NCBI GenBank assembly: GCA_026770705.1
Contig: JANJGN010000042.1
Coordinates: 3,286,001 to 3,350,000, forward strand
Source: Isurus oxyrinchus
Taxonomy: Eukaryota
DNA length: 64,000 bases
Direction of reading: 5' to 3'
The translations under genes and the position numbers were made by a program. The notes beneath the pieces are model-generated. The model saw only the letters and a program-made list of their open reading frames with translations, ran no database searches and was not told the origin of the DNA. Positions 23,851-38,210 of this stretch are shown here, in pieces. Numbering within the stretch: position 1 is the stretch's first letter; the number at the start of each line of letters is the position of its first letter.

Positions 23851-24689
23851 ATAGAAGAGGGAACAAAAAACAGATAATTAATTGGTAGGCCCAGTAATAT
23901 TTTAAATCTGGAGAACACAGGGTTTAAAAAATCATTTATATGCTACAAACAGTAAATCAATGCGTAAATAGTTTTTGCTACCTCTTGTAAAATTAAAAAT
24001 AGGCCATTCACAGAAATATGCTTACAGTTTAAGTAGAAATGTTGGAAATGGTATGTTTTTGCAGAAAAATGTATTTTTTTTTTCTGTTTTGTCGAACTGC
24101 GTGCTTTGCAGAAGATTCTTTGCTCTTATCACCGTGTAGAATCCTGCATTTTTTTTTCATTTTTACTAATGGGAAAGAAAAACTTTGAATCAACAAATAC
24201 TGAAACAATCTGTGTTCCTCGTTGTAATATTTGCATTCGTTGATCATTATGAATCTGTTTTGGTTGGTGGGGAATTTCTGGTTACTCTTTTGTCACTAAG
24301 CTCTCTGTTGTGACCCTATTTCTGTGCTAATTTACATAAATATCCGGCCTGTTTTGCTGCGAGTTTTCTGCCAGCTGCTTATCTGTGTTGCCTCATATTT
24401 ATCTATTTTAGGAAAATCGCAGCTGCTCGCCATGAACACAAACAGATTCCAGCGTAATTATTGTTATAAGTGCCGGTCGGTGAATTGATTCAAGAAAGGG
24501 ACTAGTGCCATTGAGTTGAGGTATTATTTCTTTTCAAATAATAGGTGAGCTACAGGATGAGAGGAAAAACATGGTGCACATAACACCAGGAGAGGCAAAT
24601 AGCAGCAGAGTTAAGAATAGTTGAGAAACAGGAGGAAACAGACTGGAGGCAAATTCCGAGATACTTTGAAATGTTTGGCAGAGCACGTG

Positions 24690-27500
24690 TGCAAGTGCAC
24701 GTAGTGATGAATGGAGTTTGACTGCAGACAAAATCGCCATGTGGGGTTCTGCTATGGTGGAAGGAACAGGGAACTGACTCAATACCGGCTTGGATTAAAA
24801 ACTGAATTATTATTTCCATTATGTATCAGCAATGATGGGGAATGGAATAAAGAAGCAATGTTGGTCGAATGAAATGTTAAAGCGCTGGGGGGCGGGGAGA
24901 GGTGGTGGCGGGTTATGGGGGCGGGGGGGGGGGGATGGGGACGGTGGGGGATGATATCATTGCGTGCTCAAAGATGGATTCCATTTGGTTAACGTTAAGG
25001 AGCAAAAGAGGAACAGCTATGCTAGGATGTATACTCAGACCACCAAATTGTTGCAAGGAGATACAAGAGCATAAACAGAAAATGCTGGAAAAACTCAGCA
25101 GCACTGAAGAAGAGCCATACGGACTCGAAACGTTAACTCCTCTCTCTCCACAGATTTTGCTAGACCTGCAGAGTTTTTCCAGTATTTACTGCTTTTGTTT
25201 CAGATTTCCAGCATCCGCAGCATTTATGTGTATCTTAGATAAAGGAGGATATCTGTATGTTATTACTTTAAAAAAGAAGAAAAAAGTACACTGTTGATAA
25301 TGTGAACCTTCAATTATCCTAATTTAGACTGGGATATGATCTATACTAGGCCAAGAGAAGAGGTAATATTTTGAATTGAATGCAAGCACGACTTTACAGA
25401 ATCAGACTTTTAACGGCACAGAAGGAGGCCATTCGGCCCATTGTTTCCGTGCTGGCTCTCCAAGTGAGCATTATGACCTAGCATTGCCCTGCTATCCCCG
25501 TACTCCTTCACATTGTTTCTATTCAAATAATCATCTAATATTCTCTTGAATACGTCTATTGAACCTGCCTTCACCAGACTTCCTGGCGGCACATTTCACA
25601 TAATCAGTGTTTTTGTTCCCTCGCTCATTCAGTATGAGAACAGTGCTGGATCTGTGTCTGGGAATGAAGTGAGGCAACTGGAGCATATTTCAGTGGGTAA
25701 AGCTTTGTGAAAGAATGACCAAAATGTCAAGTTTAGAGAGGTTATGGAAAGGGGACAAACTCAATAAAGCACAAAACAAACATAAACATTAGTGAGTTCA
25801 GTGGGGATTTGACCCTGGCGCGTTGGAGTGAAAACAAAAACTGGCAGCAAAAGAGTAATTGTGGAATTGGAGGACTTCAAAGCGAAGATGATTCTGGGAA
25901 ATTGGAGGCACATTTTTACGAGGTGGAAAACAAGGGAATTCAAAGGCAGAGTTTCGTAAATAAGTAGATATATAGAGGTTAAAATGAAATGAGGAAAAGG
26001 CAGTTTTTGACAATGTTCTTTTCATATCACAATAGAAAACCAAGCTGAATCAAAAAGAATGTCGGGGTAATCTGAAAACATGAATTTCAGGGCAGTGTGG
26101 CGGGGGTGAGAGGGAGTTGGTGGGGATGGAAGGGGGGATTGGAGTTGCGGATAGTTTAGAGCAGTGAAAATATATCATTAAAATAGATTTGCTGCTGACA
26201 TAACAATGAAGCAAACCCCTTCTGTCAGCAGCAGGGCATCAAAGGATGTTTGGGCCCATTATGTCAAGATTCAGACCTTCTTGTAGAGGCAGAAAACAAA
26301 GCTCAAGCAATAAATGTCTACTTTGCATCTTTATTTGAGTAGCAAATGTTGCCAATGCAGACATAAAGATGGAAGCAACATTTCATTGGATAAAAATAGA
26401 GAAAGCGAAGGTATTTCAAGATTGTCCATCGCCAACCCTGGAAAGCCACCAACCTAAATCAGTGGCACCTTGAGTTAGCTAGGATGTAGGGGAGGACACT
26501 GTGGAGTTTCTGACCTGAAGCTGACAATCCTCCTTGTCTACGGGGATGGTGCCGCATGGCTTCAGGACTGCAAGTGTTACACCCCTGTTTATATATAGGG
26601 GAGAGGGGCGAACAAAGTAATTGCAGGCTAAAGATCCTAATGTTGGTGTAGAAAATGATTAAAGGCAATAGTCCGGGACAAAAATAATTTATATTTGAAA
26701 CAAAAGTCTGGGCTAATAAATGGAATTCTGTCTAACTGACTCGAATGCTGTGCTTTTGGTGAAGGCGTAATAAGCTTTGATAAGGACAATCTGGTTCATG
26801 TTGTCTGTATGAACTTGCAAACGTTGTTTACAAGTGAAACATTATCAAAATAAAAACTTATGATGTTAAAGAAACATGGAAACAGAACTTTCCAAACGGT
26901 TGGGTAACAGCGTACTGGTGAGCAGTTAATTTTTTTCAGACTAGAGAGCAGTATAAACGGCTGATCTGTAGTGGTCTGTATCAGGTCCACTGCTATTTTG
27001 ATGCCTATTAATAGGCTGGACTTAGGCATTCAGGGAATAACTTGAAAGTTAACAAATCATACTGACTCAAAAATGTGGTAAAGCATGAGGATTGTAAGAG
27101 TCTTCATGCGGATTTTGACTTGTCAGGTGAGCAAACATGTAACGTGTAACAATTAATATAGTTAAGCGTATATAGTGGCACATTTTGGTTGGTCGAATGA
27201 AGAAAGGCAATATTAATTAAATAGGATAAATTTAAGGAGTTCAAAAGACAGAGATGGTGTACAGACACAGATCCTTTAACGGGACTGGGCAATTGGAAAG
27301 ACATGAATAGCTTATAGGATCTTTTATTTTATTTAATAAGGGATTACAAAACAGAAGCAAGGAAGTTATGAAAAATGTTCAGAAACAATTGCGTAGGCCT
27401 TCGCTGTCGTATTGCATCCAATTCTGGACACCATACTTCAGGGCAAATGACAAGAACTTAGAGATGGTGCTGATGAAACTTATTAGAATTATTTAGGGTG
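24690..27500 (+). mobile_element. Old fragmented CR1 ORF2 with nested insertions
   Basis: Endonuclease-like ..GCILRPPN.., ..ASVTPLF.. and ..IQFWTPYF.. remnants. Confidence 0.55.
25070..25225 (+). mobile_element. Tiny fold-back Penelope-tail element containing a canonical-core hammerhead
   Basis: AAACAGAAAATGCTGGAAAAACTCAGCA is inverted relative to TGCAGAGTTTTTCCAGTATTTACTGCTTT. Between them lies CTGAAGA-A-GAGCC-ATAC-GGACTC-GAAA-CGTT-AACT (25104-25138). Confidence 0.7.
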
Positions 27501-29414
27501 AAGGAATTTCGTTCAGATGAAACGTTAGTATTCACTGCATTCAGAATAAAAACAATCACTAACCCGAAAAACCCAACATCCAGATCAGTAAATATCAAAA
27601 ACCCACAACTCCAACATCCAGACCATAAATATCATTAACCCCACATCCATAACATCCAGAATCCTCACTATCATTAACCCCACATCCCGAACATCCAGAG
27701 TCCACACTACTATTATTCCCACATACCTATCATTAACCTGAAAATCCCAACATCCAGAAACATAAATTTCATTGACCCCACTTTCTCAACATTCAGAATT
27801 GTCGCTATCACTAACTCCATTCCAAACATCTAGAATCCTCACAGTAATTAACCATGTTACCAACATTCCGAGTTCTCACTATGACTAATCCCATTCACAA
27901 CAACCAGACTCCTCACTATTACTAACACCGTCCTCAAAATCTGGAATCTGCACTAGAACTAAACTTATTCCCAACATTCAGAATCCTCATTATCACTAAA
28001 CACATTTACAACATCCAGCGTCTTCATTCTCATTAACATCGTTCCCAAAATCCATATTCCTCGTTATCATTAACCCCAATCACAACATCCAGATTCCTCA
28101 CTTACACTAACCCATTCCAATCATCCAGAATCGCTACTATCTTTGACCCCATTCCCAACACCCAGAATCCTCAGTATCACTAACACCATTCTCAAAATCC
28201 GGAATCTGCACTACACTAAACCTATTCCCAAATTTCAGGATCCTCACTACTGCTAACCCCATTCCCAACATCTAGATTCTTCACAATTTGCTGACCACAT
28301 TCACAACTTCCATATTCCTAATGATCACTAACACCTTTCCCAAGATCCAGATTCTTCATTATCATTAACCCCATTCCCAACATCCAGAATCGTCACTATC
28401 ACTGACCCCATTCCCAACATCCAGAACCCTCAGAATGAAAAATTCTATTCCCAACATGAGGAATCCTAAACATTATGAAGGAAATTTGCTACATCCCGAA
28501 TCATCACTATCATTAGCCCCATATTCCTAACATCCGGAATTCTCATTGTCACGAACCCCATTCCAAAAATCCGGAATCCTCACTATCATATATCCACATT
28601 CCAGGATTCTCACTGTCAAGAACTCCATTCCCAACATTCAGAATTCTCACTATCACTAACCCAACACTCTCAACATCCAGAATCCTCACAATCACAAACT
28701 CCAATTGAAACATCCAAGTTCCTCACTATCACTAACCCCATTCCCAACATCCAAATCTCCACTAGCACTGAATCCACATTTCCAACATCCAGAATCCTCA
28801 AAATACGAACGTGCTTCCCAAAATACAGCATTCTCACTATCACTAACACAGTATTCGCAAAATCGAGAAACCTCACCATCACTGATCCCACAACCTGAAA
28901 TCCAGAGACCTCATCAGCACTGAGCGCACAACCCAAAACCAGAAACGACATCATCACAGACCTCATAACCCAAACATCCAAAATCCTCACTACTACAATG
29001 ACAATCCCAGCATCTAGGCTCCTAACTTATCATTGAATATATTCCCAACATTCAGAATCTGCGTTATCAGTAACTCCATTCCCAACATCCAGAGTACTCA
29101 CTATCACTGACCCACAACCCAAACATCCAAAATCCTCACTATTAGTAACGACAATCCCAGCATCTAGGTTCCTCACTTATCATTGAATACATTCCCAACA
29201 TTCAGGATCCTCACGATCACTAGCTCCATTTCCAACATCCAGAATCCTCACTGTCACAGACCCACATTTGCAACATCTAGAAACTTCACTGCCACTAACT
29301 CCATTGCAAACATCCAACATCCTCTCTTCACTAACCCAATTCCCAGCATCCAGCATCCTCACCCTCACTAACCCCATTACCAGCATTCAGAATTCTCAAT
29401 ATCACTATATTTTT

Positions 29415-30345
29415 TGTTTTGTTATATTCATTCGTGTCATTTGGGGCGCCGCTGTCTAGGCCAGCATTCATTAACCATCCCGCATCGCGCTTGAGAAGGT
29501 GGTTGATGAAATGCCTCATTGAACCGCTGCAGTCCATGTTGTGTAGGTACACACACAGAGCTGTTAGGGAGGGAGTCCAAGGATTTTGACCCAGCAACAG
29601 TGAAGGAACGGTGATATAATTCCAAGTCAGAATAGTGAACGTCTTGAGCAGGAACTTCCAGATGATGGTGTTCCCATGTGCCTGCTGCCCTTGTCCCTCT
29701 CGATGATAGCGGCCATGGGTTTCGATGCTGCTGTCGAATGAGCATTGGTAAATTCCTGCAGTGCATCTTGTAGATGATACACTGCGCCTGTGCATCGGTG
29801 GTGGAATGCAGTGAATGCTTGTGGATGTTGTACTAATCAAGTGGCCTGGATTTGGATCAGTCCGATCTTCTTAATTGTTGTTGGAGTTTCACTCAGCTGG
29901 GCAAGTGAAAAGTATCCCATCACACACCTGACGTGTTTGTTGATGGTGGACAGGCTTTTGTGGAGTCAGGAGGTGAGTTATTCGCCACAGGATTCCTAGC
30001 TCCAGAGCTGCTCTCATCGCCATTGTAGTTCTATGTCAATTCCAGTTCAGTTTCTGGTCAATGATAACTCCCAGGTTGTCGATAGTGGGGGATTGGGTGA
30101 TGGTAAAGCAGAATGTCAAAGGGCATCTTTAGATTATCTCTTGTTAGAGACAATGATTGCCTGGAACCTGTGCGGTGTGAAAGTTGCTTGCTACTTGTCA
30201 GCCCAGTCCAGATCTAGTTGCATTTGTTCAGGGCTGCTTCAGTACCTGAGGAGTCGCGATTTGGTTCTGAATATTGCACAATCATAAGCGAGCATTCTCA
30301 CTTCTCACCTTATGATGGAAGGAACTTCATTGATGAAAGAGCTGT
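29415..30345 (-). mobile_element. CR1-clade LINE 3' portion inside the minisatellite (copy 1)
   Basis: Same family as 17790-18968. Confidence 0.85.
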
Positions 30346-30633
30346 GCCTCGGGAATTCTCCACTAACCCTGCTTTCCCAACTTCCAGATTCCTCCCTTAT
30401 GCTAACCACACATCCCCAAAATTCAGAATCCGCCCTATCAGTAACCCCACATTCCCAACATTCAGAATGCTCACTATCACTAAAGCCACATTCCCAGTAT
30501 CCAGAAATCTCACTATCAATAAACCACACTCCCAACATTCTGAAAACTCTCTATCACTAGCCCCATTCCCAAAAGTCAGAATCCTCAATATCACTAACCT
30601 TATTGCCAATATATAGAATCCTCACTCTCATTA

Positions 30634-30907
30634 CAATAATAAAAACAAAAGAACTGCAGATGCTGGAAATCCAAAACAAAAGCAGAATTACCTGGAAAAA
30701 CTCAGCAGGTCTGGCAGCATCGGCGGAGAAGAAAAGAGTTGACGTTTCGAGTCCTCATTACCCTTCGACAGAACTTGAGTTGGAGTCCAAGAAAGAGTTG
30801 AAATATAAGCTGGTTTAAGGTGTGTGTGTGGGGGGCAGAGAGATAGAGAGAGAGAGAGGGGTGGGGGAGGGGTTGCGGGTGTGGTTGTGAGGACAAACAA
30901 GCAGTGC
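30634..30907 (-). mobile_element. Penelope 3' tail insertion with hammerhead-like motif at 30737-30775
   Basis: 16-bp TSD ATCCTCACTCTCATTA (30618-30633, 30908-30923); core CTGTCGA. Confidence 0.9.
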
Positions 30908-31149
30908 ATCCTCACTCTCATTAACCTCATTTCCAATGTACAGAATCCTCACTCTCACGAATCCCATTGCCAATATCCGCAAGCCTCACTATCACTAACA
31001 CCACATTTCCAGTATCCAGAATCCTCACTATCAATAAACCACACTCCCAACATTCTGAAACCTCACTATCACTAGCCCCATTCCCAACTTCCAGAATACT
31101 CCCCATTACTAACATCATTCCCAACATCCAGAATTCTCACTGTCACTAT

Positions 31150-32110
31150 TTTTATTTATTATTATTCATTCATGGCATTTGGTCATTGGTGACTAGGCCT
31201 GCATTCATTAACCAACCCTAATTGCCCTTGAGAAGGTGGTGGTGATCTGCCTCATTGAACCGCTGCAGTCCATGTGATTTTGGTACACCCGAAGAACTGT
31301 TAGCAAGGGACTCCAAGGATTTTGACCCAGAGACATTTAAGGAACAGCGATATATTTTTCCAAGTCAGAATGGTGAGTGGCTTGAGTTGGGATGTCCAGG
31401 TGCTGGTATCCCCATATATCTGCTGCGCTTGCCTTTCTGTATGGTAGCGGCCATGGGCTTAGAAGCTGCTGTCGAAGGAGCCTTGTTGAGTTCCTGCAGT
31501 GCATCTTGTAGATGGTACACAGTGCTGTCAATGTGAGTCGGTGGTGGATGGACTGAATGTTTCTGGATGCTGTGCCAGTCAAGTTGCCTGTTTTGTCTTG
31601 GATCGGGTCCAGCTTCTCAAGTATTGTTGGAGCTTCACTCAACCAGGCAAGTGGCGAGTATCCCATCACACTCCTAACTTGTGTTTGTAGATAGTGGACA
31701 GGCTTTTGTGGAGTAAGGAGGTGAGTTACTGGTCGCAGGATTCCTAGCCCCTGGCCTGCTCTTGTTGCCATTGTAGTTCTCTGTCAATTCCAGCTCAGTT
31801 TCTGATCAATGTTAACCCCCAGGATGCTGGAGCGAGGAATTCAGCGATTATAATGCCGTTGAATATCAAGCAGCATGGTTAGATTCATTCTTGTCAGAGA
31901 AAGTCATTGCTTGGCATTTGTGTGGTGCGACGTTTGCTTTCCACTTGTCAGCCCAGTCCAGATCTAGTTGCAATTGTTCATGTGCTGCTTCAGTACCCGA
32001 GGAGTCGCGATTTGGCTCTGAACATTGCAAAATCATAAGTGAACATTCTCACTTCGGATCTTATGATAGAAAGAAGGTCATTGATGAAAGTGCTTAAGAC
32101 GGTTGGGCCT
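31150..32110 (-). mobile_element. CR1-clade LINE 3' portion inside the minisatellite (copy 2)
   Basis: Shares diagnostic deletions and junction with 29415-30345. Confidence 0.85.
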
Positions 32111-34844
32111 CTGAAATTACACACTAACCCCACTTTCCCAACTTCCAGAATCCTCCCTATCGCTAATCCAACAATCCCAACATCCAGATTCCAGTCTCTT
32201 GCTAACCCGTCTTCCAACTTCCAGAGTCCTCACTATCACTAACTCCACGTTCCCAAAATCCAGAATCTCACTAGCACTAACATCACATTCACAATATGTG
32301 GAATCCTCACTATCAGCAAACCACACTTCCAACATCCAGAATTCTCAAAATACCTAATCCCACATTCCCAACATCCAGGACCCTCACTATCACTGACAAA
32401 GTCCCAAGATACAGAATTCTCACTGTTACTAAACCACCCTCCTCACATGCAGGACCCTCACTATCACTACCCCCACTTCCCAACATCCAGAATGCTCATA
32501 ATCAATAACCCCACGCTGCCAAATTCTAGAATCCCCTCCATCACTGTCCCTGCATTCCCAATGCCCAGAATGCCTCACGATCGCTAACAAAGACTCCCAA
32601 CATCCACACTCCTCACTATCACTAAACCATACTCCCCACATGCAGAATCCTCACTGTCACAAACCCGACGCTGCCAACATCCAGAACCCTCTCTATCACT
32701 AGCCGCACACTCCCAACATCAAAGCCCTCAGCATCACTAGCCCTACTTTCCCAATATCCAGCATCCTCACTATTACTAACCCAGCAATCCCATCACCCAG
32801 AATCATCTCTAACACTAACTGCATTCCCTATATCCAGAATCTTCACTGTCATTAAACCAACATTCAAAATCCTCACTATCACTAACCGCACATTCCCAGC
32901 ATCCAGAATCCTCACTATTACTAACCCCACATTCCTAAAATTCAAGTCCTCACTATCACTAACCCTATTCCCAAATTCAGCGCCCTCATTATCACTAACC
33001 CCATTCCCAACATCAAGAACATTCACGATCACTAACCCCACACTCCAATCATCAATAATCGTCACTATCAGTAACTCCACACTCACAACATCCAGAATCC
33101 TCACTATCACTAATCCCGAACTCCCAGCATCCAAAACGCCCACCATCGTATCCCCGCACTTCCATCACCCAGAGCCCTGATCGCTAACCTCAAACATCGT
33201 CACCCAGATAACTCACCCCTCGGCCGCCCCACCTTCTCATTACTCAGAGAGCTTATCATGAATAACCCCAGCCTCCAACATCAACCTCCTTCACCATGAA
33301 GCCTCCCAAATTTGTAACACTAGGAATCCTTTTTGTTACCAGTCACTCAGTTTTCCAATATCATTCATACGATTTATTATCACATATCGCCCCCAAAAGT
33401 GAATCTCCTCAAATTATCGTCGTACCTGGAGCCTCATGAGTGAAGTATCTCTGTCGTGCCACACAGGCCGATTAGTATTCTTTTCTCTATGAGCTAGAGC
33501 CAGAATTTGAACTAAGGTCCATTTTCCCTTCCTAGGAACACTCTATTTCACTAACTTCTACAATTATATTAACTCTAAACATTGTGGTATTGTTACTGCT
33601 TTCAAGGCGCTGATCACTCAGAATCCTTTCAGCCTCCAACAATAAGTCTGATACTCAGGGTCTCCGCTGAACTGCACGCTGCCATAATCCAGAGCTCTCT
33701 CAAATTCTTCATGCTCCTCTTTAGTCGCCTAGATTCTTACCCATCATCCAAACCCTCGCTGCCATTGTCCAGCCTCCACTCAGTCACTAATATCTATACT
33801 GCCATCTCGTACAAACCTGTTCTGCCACTGCTTGGAGCAGACAGATGGTCCTGGGAAACAAGGAGCATTCTATTCTTTAGCAGATCGTTCGGTAGGATAT
33901 TTAATTTCTGCACAAACTACTAAGGCGACCAGGTTCTCCTTAATTACTATTTGTCACTCAAGACATTTGTTGCAATGCAGCCGGATAATCGGCAGTATGA
34001 ACTCTGTGAAGTTAGGCTTTGAATCGGACTCTCTCCCTTCTGATTGCCAGGTAGAACCGTCCTAGCAAAACCTTGTGGACTACCACAAAACAGGCTTAGA
34101 AGGGTTATTGTACTTATCGACCCTGAGAAATGTTAAAGGGAGATAACCCAATGTACATTAAAGAATATTGGTAATTAGAGTTAAATGTGAAGTGATTGGG
34201 TTACTAGGTCTGTGACAGTGCGAGATCAGCTGGAGATGTTCTCTGTAATCTCCTTCGATCACCTCCTTATCATTTCCCAGGGATGTTTTTTAGTCTAAGA
34301 TCCCCGGTTATCTATTTCTACACTTACAATTAAATGCCCGCTTATATTTCTCAAATTCGAAATAATCTTCAATTAAATAAATGTGAACAATATTTTCTGG
34401 GTTTGAGATGGAGCAGAGGCAGCGAATTAATTCAGGCTAAAAAGATAACTGCGCTGTCTTCTTTCTAATTTTATTCAGCCAACATCCTGTTTTTCTGCTG
34501 CTGTGCAAAACCACAGGCAGCGTGTCCTGCAGTAAATCAATACACAGAGCTTTATGTACCGGTTGCAGCCTGCACCTGGCAGCACGCAGCACCGGCCTGA
34601 AAAGCTATGTGCTGAAGTGTACGTCTATCATTTTATGTCAGAATTAACAATATGAAGATGATTTGTAGCATTGAAAATGAACGGAACTGTTTTGGATCTC
34701 AGCAAATGACAAGGACCCCGCCGTTCTCATTCTTTAGGTCCCTCTGTCTTTTGTTCCTCTTTGCTTCTACTTGCATCGACAGTCTAACACAATCTCCTGT
34801 CTATCTCTCTGCCTCACTATCTGCCGCCACCTCTTTCTTCTTCT

Positions 34845-34858
34845 TATCTATCTATCTG

Positions 34859-34916
<58 letters not shown>

Positions 34917-34975
34917 CATCTATCCAACTGTCTATCTCCCTATCAATCAATCAACCTATCTATCTCCCTAACTAT
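34845..34975. repeat. (CTAT)n microsatellite within a CT-rich tract
   Basis: Seen directly. Confidence 0.95.
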
Positions 34976-35586
34976 CTTTACCTCTGTCTTGCGGTCGGTT
35001 TCTCACTCTGTCAATATTTTCTCCCATCTCTCGTATTCCATCTCTCCTTGCCTCTAGCTCTGCTTTCGTCCTCTTTCCTTTCTATCTTTCTGTTAGCAAT
35101 CCCTCTACTGATTTTCATCCCTTTCTCTCGTTCTGCATCCAAACTGCTATTTCTGTCTTTTCTTCCTCGCTAGGTAGCTCTATCTATGTTTCTGATCCTC
35201 TCTTTAACCATCTAGCTGACGCTCTGTGTGCACCAGTTCTCTGTCTATTTCTACTTTTATCTCTCTGCCCTTTAACTTATTGTCACATCCCTGTGTCGAA
35301 TATTTCAATTGAGTTCATATCCCATTTGTTCTAAACTGGTTAAAAATAACTTTAAATTGAGAAAGCAAAATGTAATTTCCTGTCTTCGATTTTAGTTTAT
35401 TATTTCCACAAATGGGATTTCTAGATTATTATTCCGATGTCTTTCTGCATCACAACCTTTTGTCTTTGCAGATATGACTCCACCTGCTTTTCTGTCCCCC
35501 CCTTGTTATCTGTACCTTCATGTTATGGGCACGAAACCCCACACTTAGGACACTTTTCTCTGCTTTTTGTCCAAACAGCGCTTTGA

Positions 35587-35665
35587 GGCTGAAAATCGAC
35601 TTCGGTAGAGGTGAATCCGTCATTACCCGATCGATGGCGATTACACACTGGTCAATTTTCCACCC
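35587..35665. mobile_element. Small hairpin, MITE-like
   Basis: GGCTGAAAATCGAC..GTCAATTTTCCACC with inner GTGAATCCGTCAT..ATGGCGATTACAC imperfect inverted repeats. Confidence 0.4.
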
Positions 35666-36639
35666 TGTGGAATTCCATACAGAGGAAATGCGGTGGTTTT
35701 AGATAACTGGTGGTCCATTCAATACCGCCTGATATCCCACGGCCTGCCTCCCCCTCACTCCACGACCCCCCAACCAACCATCCCCCAACACACCCCCTCC
35801 CCGCGCAATCAAACCTGAATTTAACGTGAAACATATAAAGATGGTGGGAATGAATAGCTACTATATCTGTCTGGAAACTGTACATCGCCAGGTCATGAAC
35901 TTATCATTAATTTTAATAGGTGGTGAACCATGACTTCGGGGTATAAAATATCTTTGTTTGTTCCCAGCCCCGAAACTGAAATTTCCGGGCTGGATGTTAA
36001 CTAAGCGAACTCCAGGAGATCATGATATCCCATAATAAAAACAATCAAACTCCCCATGTGCCCGATCACATCAAAACATCAATGACCTGCTGACTCGGGA
36101 AGTTGTAGGAATTAGGGACATTACAGCAGAAGGGAGCAGAGCTGTCTGTTTTACTATGGACATTGCCACACTCTGCTGGCGAAGAAAGTGTATTACACTG
36201 TCATCAGTGCAACGTGTTCGTTCATTCATGGCCATTAGCTTCATCTTATCCAGCTATCTCGATCAGCATATCGATTCAAATTTCCCACAATAATTTTCAT
36301 GGGGGAAGGTGTCCATTAAAGAGGGGATTTCATAGACTTAGGAGAAAGAAGTGAAAACATTCCTGAAGGTGAAATTCCTGAGGAGGTTTCAGGGGGACAC
36401 TTACAAGAGAAATTAGGTAATTACAGTAATAATGGACGAGATGCCGTTGCTGGAGGTGAACGGCGAGGAAAAGTAGACTGAAGGGGTAATCCAGTGCTCC
36501 ATGAGATTTATTTAGTATCCAATCTGATCCTGAGTCTCAATTTTTAATGGAGCAAAAAATGGCTTAAAAGTAAGAACTTCATTTCAGTGTTTGCAAGAGG
36601 GCACCACAGCCCACTCTGTATCATATACATATAGATAGC

Positions 36640-38210
36640 AACAGTAATCTATTCCTGTAATAGCCCTCAAATTAAATATCAAGACTCCATCACTTGATAA
36701 AATTCACGTTAAATGACCAAAAATCCAATTATTTAACATACCTCAGAGCAATTAAGCAATGTCCCATTGATGTTATATCCCTCACTTTAAATGATAAATA
36801 ATTCATTGGTGAATTATATCACGTTTCAAATGAACAAATTCCAATCACTGTAATATAACTCGCAATAATTGAACAATAATCCATTTTTCATACTTTTCAC
36901 ATTACATTAATAATGCTTCCTAGCAACAATATATCTCAAATTAAATAAAGAATAATCCATAAAGGTAATATCAATCACATTAAATGAACGGTAATTCATT
37001 GTAACTCTGTAACTCACAAGAAATGAACAATAATCTATTGCTCTGATATGTCTCACTTTAGAGGAACAATGTTGCACTGCTGCAATACTCATATATTAAA
37101 TGAAAATGCATGCCATTACTGCAGAGTCACAATTAAATGAATAATAATCTTTATATTTAATATAACTCACAACAAATATTCAATAATCCATTTCTGCCAT
37201 AATCTTGACATGCAATTAATACTAATCAATTGTTGTCACATATCAGACGGTAAAGGAAAAATAATCCAGTGTTGTAGTATCCCTCACATTAAAAACAATA
37301 ATGCATTGCTGCAATATAACTCATTTTAAATGATGAATAATCCATTGCTCCGAGGCAGCTTACATTAATTGATCAATAATCCACTCCTGTAATATTCCCC
37401 AAATTAAACGAATACTAATTCCTTGCCATAATGTACAAGGCTTTAAAGTAATCCTGATTCATTGCTGCAATGCATGAAACGAACAAAAATCTAGTGCTGT
37501 GATACCCCTTACCTGAACTGAATAATCTATTCCTTTAATAAACTCACTCCAAAGGAGCAATCACTGTAATATCCCTGAAATGTAATGAACATTACTTCAT
37601 TTCTTCAATATGCAACATATTAAATGCACACTGATCTATTGCTCAAATATCCCTTATAATAATTGAAAATAATCATTTTTTGTAATATATGTCATATGAA
37701 ATGAAAAGTAATGTATATATTTGATATCCCTTGCGTTAAACAAGCAAAACTCTACGATTGAAATATCCTCCAAATTAAATGAACACTGACGCATTGCTGT
37801 TGTATACCACAAAGTACTTGAACATTAGTCCATTAGTTTCAGGTGCAACATATTAAGTGAATAATAACCCATTTCTGTATTATAGCACACTTTATTTAAC
37901 AACATTCCATTGCTGGAGTACAGCTCACATAACATGATTTAGTTATATATCTGTAACACCCCTCACATTAATGAACAATAATCCATTACTATAAGAAGCT
38001 AATAATTTCTTGTCGCTTTATTACCCCTCACGTCAAACGAATAGTAAATTATCATCTTTTCTGATATACTTCACACTGAATGGGAAATATCTCAGTGTTG
38101 TAAGGTATCACAGATGAAATGAATAATAATCATTCATTGTGACATATTCCTTACATTCCAAGGGCATTAACCGATTATTACATGTAAAGTTAATAACATT
38201 CATTGCTCTT
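36640..38210. repeat. Highly degenerate ~39-bp AT-rich minisatellite
   Basis: Consensus approximately AAATGAACAATAATCCATTGCTGTAATATCCCTCACATT; period visible at 37021/37060/37098. Confidence 0.85.

Larger units (their letters stand above)
27550..33180. repeat. Degenerate 37-39 bp minisatellite array, interrupted by LINE and Penelope insertions
   Basis: Consensus approximately CACTATCACTAACCCC(AC)ATTCCCAACATCCAGAATCCT; period 37 is visible at e.g. 28381/28418. Confidence 0.92.

Noticed and set aside
24229-24480. Octamer ATTTGCAT with a downstream ATG as a second Ig promoter
   Set aside because: No hydrophobic leader or V exon follows.
27550-33180. CRISPR-like appearance of regular ~37-bp units
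   Set aside because: Units are contiguous and degenerate with no unique spacers, there are no cas genes, and the context is eukaryotic.
34652-35173. 173-aa hydrophobic ORF
   Set aside because: Translation of (CTAT)n and CT-rich sequence.
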